Positions 23,284 through 31,278 of a DNA stretch of 32,000 bases are shown here, in pieces. The position numbers and the translations under genes are program-made. The first letter of the stretch is position 1, and every line of letters starts with the position of its first letter. The notes beneath the pieces are model-generated. The model saw only the letters and a program-made list of their open reading frames with translations. It ran no database searches and had not been told where the DNA came from. Source of the stretch: Longivirga aurantiaca (GTDB lineage Bacteria; Actinomycetota; Actinomycetes; S36-B12; CAIYMF01); the NCBI RefSeq assembly GCF_042660085.1, contig NZ_JBHSTI010000008.1, positions 1,989,876 to 2,021,875 of the forward strand. Reading direction: 5' to 3'.

Positions 23284-24621
23284 CTAGAGGACGGGCAGGT
23301 AGCGCGCGAGCTCGAACGGTGTGACCTGACGACGGTAGTCCGCCCACTCCTGGCGCTTGTTGCGCAGGAAGTGGTCGTAGACGTGCTCGCCGAGGGTCTC
23401 GGCGACGAGCTCGCTGCGCTCCATCACCGTGAGCGCCTGGCCGAGCGACGTGGGGAGCGGCTCGATGCCGAGCGCGCGGCGCTCCGCCTCGGTCAGCGCC
23501 CAGACGTCGTCCTCGGCGCCCGGGGGCAGCTCGTAGCCCTGCTCGATGCCCTTGAGGCCGGCGGCGAGCATGACCGCGAACGAGAGGTACGGGTTGGCCG
23601 CGGTGTCGATCGACCGGAACTCCACCCGCGTCGAGTTGCCCTTGCTCGGCTTGTACATCGGCACGCGGACGAGGGCGCTGCGGTTGTTGTGGCCCCAGCA
23701 CACGTACGCCGGAGCCTCGCCGCCGCCGCCGAGGCGCTTGTAGGAGTTGACCCACTGGTTGGTCACCGCCGTGATCTCCGGCGCGTGCCGCAGCAGGCCG
23801 GCGATGAAGCTGCGCCCGACCTTGGACAGCGAGTACTCCGCACCCGCCTCGTAGAACGCGTTGCGGTCGCCCTCGAACAGCGACAGGTGCGTGTGCATGC
23901 CGGAGCCCGGGTGGTCGGCGAACGGCTTCGGCATGAAGGTGGCGTACACGCCCTGCTCGAGCGCGACCTCCTTCACGACCAGCCGGAAGGTCATGATGTT
24001 GTCGGCGGTGGTGAGCGCGTCCGCGTAGCGCAGGTCGATCTCCTGCTGCCCGGGCGCGCCCTCGTGGTGGCTGAACTCCACCGAGATGCCCATCGCCTCG
24101 AGCATCGTGATGGCCTGACGGCGGAAGTCGTAGCCGAGGCCGTGCGGCGTGTGGTCGAAGTAGCCCACCTGGTCGATCGGCGTCGGCACCTCGCCCTTGG
24201 CGAAGCCCTGCTCGAGCAGGAAGAACTCGATCTCGGGGTGCGTGTAGAACGTGAAGCCGAGCTCGGCGGCCTTGGCGAGCTGCCGCTTGAGCACGTGCCG
24301 CGGGTCGGCGTACGACGGGCTGCCGTCGGGCATGAGGATGTCGCAGAACATGCGGCCGACGCCGGGGCTCTCGCCGCGCCACGGGAGCACCTGGAAGGTG
24401 CTCGGGTCGGGCTTGGCCAGCATGTCCGACTCGAACACGCGCGCGAAGCCCTCGATGGCCGAGCCGTCGAACCCGATGCCCTCGGAGAAGGCGCCCTCGA
24501 GCTCGGCCGGGGCGACCGCCACCGACTTGAGCATGCCGAGCACGTCGGTGAACCAGAGCCGCACGAAGCGGATGTCGCGCTCCTCGATGGTGCGGAGCAC
24601 GAACTCGGTCTGCTTGTCCAT
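23284..24621 (-). CDS. glnA: Type I glutamine synthetase (GlnA family)
   Basis: 'MDKQTEFVLRTIEERDIRFVRLWFTDVLGMLKSVAVAPAELEGAFSEGIGFDGSAIEGF...FMPKPFADHPGSGMHTHLSL...NSTRVEFRSIDTAANPYL'. Alternative start ATG 24630. Confidence 0.97.
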   Translation of the reverse strand: MDKQTEFVLRTIEERDIRFVRLWFTDVLGMLKSVAVAPAELEGAFSEGIGFDGSAIEGFARVFESDMLAKPDPSTFQVLPWRGESPGVGRMFCDILMPDGSPSYADPRHVLKRQLAKAAELGFTFYTHPEIEFFLLEQGFAKGEVPTPIDQVGYFDHTPHGLGYDFRRQAITMLEAMGISVEFSHHEGAPGQQEIDLRYADALTTADNIMTFRLVVKEVALEQGVYATFMPKPFADHPGSGMHTHLSLFEGDRNAFYEAGAEYSLSKVGRSFIAGLLRHAPEITAVTNQWVNSYKRLGGGGEAPAYVCWGHNNRSALVRVPMYKPSKGNSTRVEFRSIDTAANPYLSFAVMLAAGLKGIEQGYELPPGAEDDVWALTEAERRALGIEPLPTSLGQALTVMERSELVAETLGEHVYDHFLRNKRQEWADYRRQVTPFELARYLPVL

Positions 24622-24640
24622 GCGGCCCATCTTGGACCAC

Positions 24641-24655
24641 CGCACGTCACGTGCG
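24641..24655. promoter_or_regulatory. Palindromic operator candidate between divergent glnA and nadE
   Basis: CGCACGT-C-ACGTGCG, perfect 7-bp inverted repeat with 1-nt centre. Confidence 0.45.
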
Positions 24656-24693
24656 TGTGTCGGCTCGCCCCATCCCCCGCGACCCCGGCGTCC

Positions 24694-24699
24694 TAGGCT
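24694..24699 (+). promoter_or_regulatory. Putative -10 element for a leaderless nadE transcript
   Basis: TAGGCT ending 6 nt before GTG 24706. Confidence 0.5.
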
Positions 24700-24705
24700 T
24701 CCCCC

Positions 24706-26439
24706 GTGCCCCAGATCCGGCTCGCCCTCGCCCAGGTCAACCCGTGTGTCGGCGACCTCGCCGGCAACGTCGACCGCGTGCTCGCGGGTGCCCGCGACGC
24801 GCACGGGGCCGGAGCCCGACTCGTGGCCTTCCCCGAGATGGTGCTCACCGGCTACCCGGTGGAGGACCTCGCCCTGCGCCCGTCGTTCCAGGCTGCCAGC
24901 CGCCAGGCGCTCGACTCGCTCGCCGCCCGCCTGGTCGAGGAGGGCCTCGGCTCGCTCGTGGTCGTCGTCGGCTACCTCGACGTCATCGACGACGGGCACG
25001 ACCGGCTCGGCCGTCCGCGCGGCGGTCCGCAGAACGCCGCGGCCGTCGTCACCGGCGGCCGCGTGGTGGCCCGGTACGCCAAGCACCACCTGCCCAACTA
25101 CGGCGTGTTCGACGAGTTCCGCTACTTCGTGCCCGGAGCGTCCACGACGGTCGTCCGCGTGGACGGCGTCGACGTCGCGATCGCCATCTGCGAGGACCTC
25201 TGGCAGGACGGCGGCCCGGTCGCCCAGGTGCGCGACACCGGTGCCGGTCTGCTCGTGGTCATCAACGGGTCGCCGTACGAGCGCAACAAGGACGACGTGC
25301 GCCTCGAGCTGTGCGCCCGCCGTGCGCGCGAGGCGGGCTGCCCGCTCGCCTACGTGAACATGGTCGGCGGCCAGGACGAGCTCGTCTTCGACGGCGACTC
25401 GCTCGTCGTGGGGGCCGACGGCGCGCTCGTCGCGCGGGCGCCGCAGTTCGAGGAGTCGCTGCTCGTCGTCGACCTCGACCTGCCGATGGCAGACCCCACC
25501 ACCAGCGCGTCGACGGCGGCCATCGGCTTCCCCCTGCCGGCGTACACCCCCGAGCCGCCGTCGGTCGCGCCCCGGCTCTCGGACGACGCCGAGGTGTGGC
25601 AGGCCCTGGTCGTCGGACTGCGCGACTACGTGGGCAAGAACGGGTTCCGGTCGGTCACCCTCGGCCTGTCCGGCGGAATCGACTCGGCGGTCGTCGCCGC
25701 GATCGCGTGCGATGCGCTCGGTGCCGACAACGTGCACGGCGTCTCGCTTCCGAGCGTCTACTCCTCCGACCACTCCCGGGGCGACGCCGCCGACATGGCC
25801 GAGCGGACGGGCCTGCACTACCGCACGGTCGAGATCGCGCCGATGGTCGACGCGTTCCAGGGCCGGCTGCACCTCTCCGGGCTGGCCGAGGAGAACCTGC
25901 AGGCGCGCGTGCGCGGCACCACGCTCATGGCGATCTCCAACGCCGAGGGCCACCTCGTGCTCGCCACCGGGAACAAGAGCGAGCTCTCGGTCGGCTACTC
26001 GACGATCTACGGCGACGCCGTCGGCGGCTACGCGCCGATCAAGGACGTGCCCAAGGTCGACGTCTGGGCGCTCGCGCGCTGGCGCAACGAGCATGCGCTC
26101 GAGCGCGGCGAGACCCCCCCGATCCCTCCGAGCAGCATCGACAAGCCGCCGTCGGCCGAGCTGCGCCCCGGCCAGCTCGACTCGGACTCGCTGCCCGACT
26201 ACGCGGTGCTCGACGACCTGCTCGACGACTACGTCGAGAACGACCGCGGGGCTGCCGAGCTCGTGGCCGACGGCTTCGACCAGGCGCTCGTCGAGCGGGT
26301 GCTGCGGCTGACCGACGTCGCGGAGTACAAGCGCCGGCAGTACCCGCCGGGCACGAAGATCTCCTCCAAGGGGTTCGGCCGCGACCGCCGCCTCCCGGTC
26401 ACGAACCGGTGGCGCGAGACCGTGCCCGACCAGGACTAG
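24706..26439 (+). CDS. nadE: Glutamine-dependent NAD+ synthetase
   Basis: 577 aa; nitrilase domain 'VVARYAKHHLPNYGVFDEFRYFVPG...VAIAICEDLWQDGGP' and synthetase domain 'LGLSGGIDSAVVAAIA...SGLAEENLQARVRGTTLMAISN...GNKSELSVGYSTIYGDAVGGYAPIKDV'. Confidence 0.98.
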   Translation: MPQIRLALAQVNPCVGDLAGNVDRVLAGARDAHGAGARLVAFPEMVLTGYPVEDLALRPSFQAASRQALDSLAARLVEEGLGSLVVVVGYLDVIDDGHDRLGRPRGGPQNAAAVVTGGRVVARYAKHHLPNYGVFDEFRYFVPGASTTVVRVDGVDVAIAICEDLWQDGGPVAQVRDTGAGLLVVINGSPYERNKDDVRLELCARRAREAGCPLAYVNMVGGQDELVFDGDSLVVGADGALVARAPQFEESLLVVDLDLPMADPTTSASTAAIGFPLPAYTPEPPSVAPRLSDDAEVWQALVVGLRDYVGKNGFRSVTLGLSGGIDSAVVAAIACDALGADNVHGVSLPSVYSSDHSRGDAADMAERTGLHYRTVEIAPMVDAFQGRLHLSGLAEENLQARVRGTTLMAISNAEGHLVLATGNKSELSVGYSTIYGDAVGGYAPIKDVPKVDVWALARWRNEHALERGETPPIPPSSIDKPPSAELRPGQLDSDSLPDYAVLDDLLDDYVENDRGAAELVADGFDQALVERVLRLTDVAEYKRRQYPPGTKISSKGFGRDRRLPVTNRWRETVPDQD

Positions 26440-27038
26440 CGCGCGAGGAAGCCCGCGAGCGCCGCGTCCACGACCTGGGTCGAGCCGGCGCCCGGCGCCG
26501 GGTCGCGGCCGCTCGAGCGCACCTGGTTCATGTAGACGCTCGTGCCGATGATGAGCGTGATGAGCAGCTCGAGGTCGGCGTCGGGGCGGATCTCGCCGCG
26601 CTCGATCCCGCGACGCAGCACGACGCGGAACAGCTCGCGCCGCGGCTCGATCACGGTGTCGTAGAACGACTCGAACAGGCGCGGGTTCGACTTCGCGTGC
26701 GCCATCACACGGTGGAAGACGAGCCCGTTCGGTGTCTGGACGTACGACCGCCACCAGGCGTCGACGAGGAACAGGATGCCGTCGCGGACGCTGCCCTCGG
26801 GCACGTCGTCCGGCAGACCGGTGACGAGCGCACCGAGCGAGGCCACCACGAGGTCGTCCTTGGTGGGCCACCGGCGGTAGATCGTGGCCTTGCTGACGCC
26901 GGCGCGGGTCGCGACCTCCTCGACCGAGAGACCGGTGGGCCCGACCTCGGCGAGCAGGTGGAGCGCCGCGTCGAGGATCGCCGAGTCGGCCCGGACGTCA
27001 CGGGGACGTCCGGGCGCACGCGTGCGGCTGACGGTCAC
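26436..27038 (-). CDS. TetR/AcrR family transcriptional regulator
   Basis: 200 aa from GTG 27038 (VTVSRTRAPGRPRDVRADSAILDAALHLLAEVGPTGLSVEEVATRAGVSKATIYRRWPTKDDLVV...). Confidence 0.95.
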   Translation of the reverse strand: MTVSRTRAPGRPRDVRADSAILDAALHLLAEVGPTGLSVEEVATRAGVSKATIYRRWPTKDDLVVASLGALVTGLPDDVPEGSVRDGILFLVDAWWRSYVQTPNGLVFHRVMAHAKSNPRLFESFYDTVIEPRRELFRVVLRRGIERGEIRPDADLELLITLIIGTSVYMNQVRSSGRDPAPGAGSTQVVDAALAGFLAR

Positions 27039-28831
27039 GGCCGCTCGGCCTCGCCCTTCGCGATCGGGGCGATGTACTCCTCGGCCGCCTCGGTGGCGTA
27101 CGTGTCCTCGAGCGCGGCCGCCTCGGCGTTCGCCTCCTCGCGGGTGTGCGCCTCGCCCACGTGCGGGTGCTCGTGGCCCGGGGTGCCGGGCCCGGCGGTG
27201 CGGCCCTTCTGCGGCGGGGTGATCGGCGGCAGCAGGAACCAGACGACCAGGGCCGCGACGAGGACGAGCGCCATCGAGATGAGGCTCGTGACGTGCGCGG
27301 CCGAGAGGAACGCGTCGAACGCGATGGCCTTGCCCTGCGCGACCAGCTCTGCAGGGGCGCCGTTCGCCTCGAGGTCGGTGAGGACGCGCACCGTGCCGCC
27401 GACGGAGTTCGTGGCAGCGTCGACCGCCTCCGGCGGGAGTCCGGCGGGCAGCGTGGCGAGCACCGGCTGCACGTTGGACGCGTACTGCGTCGCCAGCACG
27501 GTGCCGATGACCGCGACGCCGAAGGCGCCGAACACCTGCCGCACCGTGTTCTGCACGGCAGAGCCCGCGCCGGCGCGGGCGAGCGGGAGCGCGTTCTGCA
27601 TCACGGTCGAGGCGGGCGCGATCACGTTGCCCATGCCGAAGCCGAAGACGAAGAAGATGACCAGGACGAGCCACAGCGGGGTCGAGAGCGACAGCGACGC
27701 GACGCCGAGCAGCGCGAGCGTGACGGCGACGAGGCCGAAGGTCATGACGCGCTTGTAGCCGAACCGCTCGACCATGGCGGCGCTGCGGGGCGCGGCGATG
27801 ATCTGGCCCACGGCGAACGGCAGGAAGCAGAGACCCGCAGACAGGGTCGAGTAGCCGCGGATGGACTGCAGGAAGAACGGCAGCGTGAACGTGATGCCCG
27901 AGAGGGCGAAGAACGCGAGGCTCACAGCGGTCAGGCTGACGGCGTACCCGCGGTTCTTGAAGAGGGTGACGTCGAAGCTCCGGTGGTCGCTGCGCGCCTC
28001 CATCACGATGAACAGCGCGAGCACCGCGATGCCCAGCACCATCGGGACCCACACCGACGGCGTGAGGAAGGTGAGCGTCACCGAGGCGTGGATGATGCCG
28101 TAGACCAGCAGCACGAGACCGGTGAACGAGATGAGCAGGCCGGGGATGTCGAGGCGCTGCGGGTGCGGGTTCTTCGTCTCGGGGACCACGAGGATGATCC
28201 CGACGAGGCCGACTATCACGATCGGCACGTTGATGAGGAAGACCGCGCCCCAGTCGTTGCCGGTCAGGCCGTTGAACCACTCCGGGTGCTCGAGCAGCAG
28301 GCCGCCCAGCACCGGGCCGAGGGCGACGGCAGCACCGACCGCGCCGGCCCAGGCTCCGATGGCCTTGCCGCGCTCGTGGGGCGGGAAGACCACGGTGATG
28401 ACGGCGAGAGTCACCGGGAGGACGGCGGCGCCGCCGATGCCCATGACGCCGCGGAAGAGGATGAGCATCTGCGGCGTCGTCGCGAACGCGCAGATCGCGG
28501 AGGCGACGGCGAAGATGACGAGGCCGATCATGAGGATGCGCTTGCGGCCGTACTTGTCGCCGAGCACGCCCCACGTGAACAGCAGCGCGGCGAACACGAG
28601 GATGTAGGAGTCGACCGCCCACACGAGCTCGCTCTGGTCGGCGCCGAGGTCGCGCTGGATCGTCGGCAGGGCGATGTTGAGGATCGTGTTGTCGAGCACG
28701 ACCACCAGCAGGCTGGTGACGAGCACCCCGAGGATCGCCCAGCGGCGGGGGTGGCCTGCGCCCGATGTCTGCCAGCCGCTGGTGGGGGCCTCGGCGGCGG
28801 CCTCGCGGCGGGCGGCGCGTGAGTCGGACAT
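27035..28831 (-). CDS. DHA2 (EmrB/QacA-type, 14-TM) MFS drug transporter
   Basis: 598 aa from MSDSRAARREAAAEAPTSGWQ; 'RRWAILGVLVTSLLVVVLDNTILNIALPTIQRDLGADQSELVWAVDSYILVFAALLFTWGVLGDKYGRKRILMIGL'. RBS AAGGAG upstream. Confidence 0.95.
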   Translation of the reverse strand: MSDSRAARREAAAEAPTSGWQTSGAGHPRRWAILGVLVTSLLVVVLDNTILNIALPTIQRDLGADQSELVWAVDSYILVFAALLFTWGVLGDKYGRKRILMIGLVIFAVASAICAFATTPQMLILFRGVMGIGGAAVLPVTLAVITVVFPPHERGKAIGAWAGAVGAAVALGPVLGGLLLEHPEWFNGLTGNDWGAVFLINVPIVIVGLVGIILVVPETKNPHPQRLDIPGLLISFTGLVLLVYGIIHASVTLTFLTPSVWVPMVLGIAVLALFIVMEARSDHRSFDVTLFKNRGYAVSLTAVSLAFFALSGITFTLPFFLQSIRGYSTLSAGLCFLPFAVGQIIAAPRSAAMVERFGYKRVMTFGLVAVTLALLGVASLSLSTPLWLVLVIFFVFGFGMGNVIAPASTVMQNALPLARAGAGSAVQNTVRQVFGAFGVAVIGTVLATQYASNVQPVLATLPAGLPPEAVDAATNSVGGTVRVLTDLEANGAPAELVAQGKAIAFDAFLSAAHVTSLISMALVLVAALVVWFLLPPITPPQKGRTAGPGTPGHEHPHVGEAHTREEANAEAAALEDTYATEAAEEYIAPIAKGEAERP

Positions 28832-28901
28832 GGGTTCTCCTTGCGGCCGGCGTCCCCCGACGGGCCCTGGTGCGGTGGTCCGACCCCCTCGGCCGGACGG
28901 T

Positions 28902-28917
28902 GTGAGGCACGCCTCAC
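28902..28917. promoter_or_regulatory. Palindromic operator candidate upstream of the MFS-TetR operon
   Basis: GTGAGGC-AC-GCCTCAC, perfect 7-bp arms, about 70 bp upstream of the MFS start. Confidence 0.5.
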
Positions 28918-29053
28918 CAATAACGAAACGCAACCGTACCGTATCGGACCGGCGGCGCGACGCGATCCGGTAGATGACGCGGGCGCACCCACGTGCCACC
29001 ATGGCTCCTGAACGGGTACCCCAGCACGGGGACTCGAGTCGTTGGAGGTCCTC

Positions 29054-29905
29054 ATGACCAGCACGTCCTCGCACGTCCCGGAGCCCCTGTACGGCGGTTC
29101 TCCGAGCGGACGTCGCATCTCCGTCCACGACCTCGCGAGCGCCAAGGCGCGCGGCGAGAAGTGGCCCATGATCACGGCGTACGACGCCCTCACCGCGCGC
29201 GTCTTCGACGAGGCGGGCATCCCCGTGCTCCTCGTCGGCGACTCCGCCGCGATGGTCGTCTACGGCTACGACTCGACCGTGCCGGTCACGGTCGAGGAGC
29301 TCATCCCCCTCGTGCGCGGCGTGGTCCGCGGCTCCGAGCGGGCGATGGTCGTCGCCGACCTCCCCTTCGGGTCGTACCAGGCCTCCCCCGCGCAGGCGCT
29401 CGAGACCGCGAGCCGCTTCATGAAGGAGACCGGCTGCCACGCGGTGAAGCTAGAGGGCGGCCACCGCGTGCTACCCCAGGTCGAGCTGCTCGTGGCCTCG
29501 GGCATCCCAGTGATGGGCCACCTCGGCCTCACGCCGCAGTCCGTCCACGCGTTCGGCGGCTACAAGGTGCAGGGCCGCGGCGAGGACGGCGTCACCCTCC
29601 TGCAGGACGCCAAGGCGCTGCAGGCAGCCGGCGCGTTCGCCGTCGTGCTGGAGGTCGTGCCGGCTGACCTCGCCGCGCAGGTCTCGCAGGTGCTGCACAT
29701 CCCCACCGTCGGGATCGGCGCCGGCCCGGGCACCGACGCGCAGGTCATCGTGTGGCAGGACATGGCTGGCCTCACGCCGGGCCGCACCGCGAAGTTCGTG
29801 AAGAAGTACGCCGACGTGCACGGCGTGCTGCTCGAGGCGGCGCAGGCCTGGGCGGGCGACGTCGTCTCCGGCGCCTACCCCGCCGAGGAGCACACGTACA
29901 CCTGA
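29054..29905 (+). CDS. panB: 3-methyl-2-oxobutanoate hydroxymethyltransferase
   Basis: 283 aa; '[50 protein letters not shown]...[10 protein letters not shown]...CHAVKLEGG...[23 protein letters not shown]...[25 protein letters not shown]'. Confidence 0.98.
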   Translation: MTSTSSHVPEPLYGGSPSGRRISVHDLASAKARGEKWPMITAYDALTARVFDEAGIPVLLVGDSAAMVVYGYDSTVPVTVEELIPLVRGVVRGSERAMVVADLPFGSYQASPAQALETASRFMKETGCHAVKLEGGHRVLPQVELLVASGIPVMGHLGLTPQSVHAFGGYKVQGRGEDGVTLLQDAKALQAAGAFAVVLEVVPADLAAQVSQVLHIPTVGIGAGPGTDAQVIVWQDMAGLTPGRTAKFVKKYADVHGVLLEAAQAWAGDVVSGAYPAEEHTYT

Positions 29906-30015
29906 TCGGTGGGCCGGGCGCAGTCGGCGAGCCTGACTGACACAAGCTCCGAAACGGTGCATCCTCCGTGACCGAGGGGGCGTCATCCGACGTCCGACGC
30001 GAGAGGAACCGTCCC

Positions 30016-30387
30016 ATGGGCCCGACGCAGGCCGTCAGCTCGGTCTTCAGCAAGTTCGCCACCTTCAGCGGCCGCGCACGCCGCTCGGAGTACTGGTGGT
30101 TCGTCGCGTTCTCGATCGTCGTGCTGGCCATCGCGCTCGTCATCGACAACGTCGCAGGGCTCAAGCTCGAGGGCCAGCAGATCGGCTGGGTCTACACGGC
30201 CGTGGCGCTGCTCCTGGTCATCCCGAGCATCGCGGTGACCGTCCGCCGTCTGCACGACACCGGTCGCAGCGGCTGGTGGTGGTTCCTCTCGCTGGTCTGC
30301 GGCATCGGCGCCATCATCCTGTTCGTGTTCTGCCTCATGGAGGGCACGCGCGGCGAGAACGAGTACGGCCCCGACCCCAAGGCCTGA
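30016..30387 (+). CDS. DUF805 domain-containing membrane protein
   Basis: 123 aa from MGPTQAVSSVFSKFATFSGRARRSEYWWFVAFSIVV; 'RRLHDTGRSGWWWFLSLV...FCLMEGTRGENEYGPDPK'. AGAGGA RBS upstream. Confidence 0.95.
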   Translation: MGPTQAVSSVFSKFATFSGRARRSEYWWFVAFSIVVLAIALVIDNVAGLKLEGQQIGWVYTAVALLLVIPSIAVTVRRLHDTGRSGWWWFLSLVCGIGAIILFVFCLMEGTRGENEYGPDPKA

Positions 30388-30401
30388 CACCACCGCGCCA
30401 C

Positions 30402-30435
30402 CACGACGCCCCGGCCACGCGGCCGGGGCGTCGTG
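30402..30435 (+). terminator. Strong terminator hairpin after the DUF805 gene
   Basis: Perfect 15-bp stem CACGACGCCCCGGCC-ACGC-GGCCGGGGCGTCGTG, 14 nt after the stop codon. Confidence 0.8.
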
Positions 30436-30526
30436 CTGTCCGGGGCGGCCTGCGGTCCGGGACGCGAACCGGCCGCTCGGGTGGTCGTTGCACGACGACG
30501 GCGCGCACGTGCGGCACGATGCACCT

Positions 30527-31225
30527 GTGGACGTCTCGAGGGTGAACCTGCTGCGCGACGTGCTATCGAGCACCGGCTGGGTCGACCGCACGCGCGGGTT
30601 CGCGCGCAGCCTGCGCCGGTCCACCGATCACGGCGACGGCCTGCTGCTCGTCGGCACGCCCACGCACGAGCCGTGGCACCTGGCCGCGCACCTCGACGAC
30701 GAGTCGCGGTACGCCGGGATCCCCACCCTGTCCCCGACGCTGGTCCGCTGGTCACCGCCCCCAGGCGCGCCGCAGCACCTCAGCGTCGGGCTCGACCGCA
30801 TCGTGGCCGCCCGCCGCGGCGAGACGCTCTTCGTCGTCGCACCCGACGACCCCACCGAGCAGCTGCTCGAACGGCTCGCCGACGCCCGCCGCACCGGCGC
30901 CACCCTGCTCACCATCGACGGTGGTGACGGCGACCTCGCGGGCCTCGCCCACGACCAGCTCATCGTGCCGTCGCGTGGCCTCACCGCGGCCGGCGAGCCG
31001 TCCGGTCTCGCCGTCGCGCTCGAGGGCTTCGGCCTCGGCGACGTCGACCTGTCCCTGCCCGAGGTCTCGTTCGACACCGTGCAGCACCTCGTCTCGGCCG
31101 CCGTGGGCGAGGACGAGATCCTCCGGACCGCGCCCAGCGGAGGGTCGGGACGCCGGGGCCTGCGCGACCGGCTCGCCGGCGCGCTCGACGCGATCCAGGG
31201 ATCGCCCGCGACCCGCGACTGGTGA
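30527..31225 (+). CDS. Actinobacterial hypothetical protein
   Basis: 232 aa from GTG 30527 (VDVSRVNLLRDVLSSTGWVDRTRGFARSLRRSTDHGDGLLLVGTPTHEPWHLAAHLDDESRYAGIPTL...). Composition and wobble-GC pattern look coding; family not recognised. Confidence 0.78.
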   Translation: MDVSRVNLLRDVLSSTGWVDRTRGFARSLRRSTDHGDGLLLVGTPTHEPWHLAAHLDDESRYAGIPTLSPTLVRWSPPPGAPQHLSVGLDRIVAARRGETLFVVAPDDPTEQLLERLADARRTGATLLTIDGGDGDLAGLAHDQLIVPSRGLTAAGEPSGLAVALEGFGLGDVDLSLPEVSFDTVQHLVSAAVGEDEILRTAPSGGSGRRGLRDRLAGALDAIQGSPATRDW

Positions 31226-31248
31226 GCGCGCGAAACACCCGCGCGCTC
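31224..31248 (+). terminator. Hairpin overlapping the stop codon of the hypothetical gene
   Basis: 9-bp perfect stem GAGCGCGCG (31224-31232) / CGCGCGCTC (31240-31248), loop AAACACC. Confidence 0.5.
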
Positions 31249-31278
31249 GACGTCGACCGTGCTCCAGACTGACCGCCC

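Noticed and set aside
22472-24640. N-terminal 720 aa of the 1726-aa ORF 19460..24640
   Set aside because: Out-of-frame shadow over glnA and the amidotransferase; the genuine product is GlnE starting at 22471.
22666-24696. 676-aa plus-strand ORF opposite the amidotransferase and glnA
   Set aside because: Antisense shadow ORF typical of high GC. The translation is Arg/Gly/Val/His-rich low complexity, while the minus strand encodes recognisable GATase and glutamine synthetase.
24622-26871. N-terminal extension of minus-strand ORF 23284..26871 ahead of glnA
   Set aside because: Antisense to nadE and tetR, composition not protein-like; GlnA begins at MDKQTEF (or MGRMDK).
26705-28910. Long ORFs in alternate frames over the DHA2 transporter (28910 and 28822 ORFs)
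   Set aside because: Arg/Pro/Ala-rich noise; the 27035..28831 frame gives a clear 14-TM MFS protein.
29008-29024. GGGTAC at 29014 upstream of panB as another SigB/F-type promoter
   Set aside because: No GTTT-like -35 at the required spacing; biosynthetic gene unlikely to be in the stress regulon.
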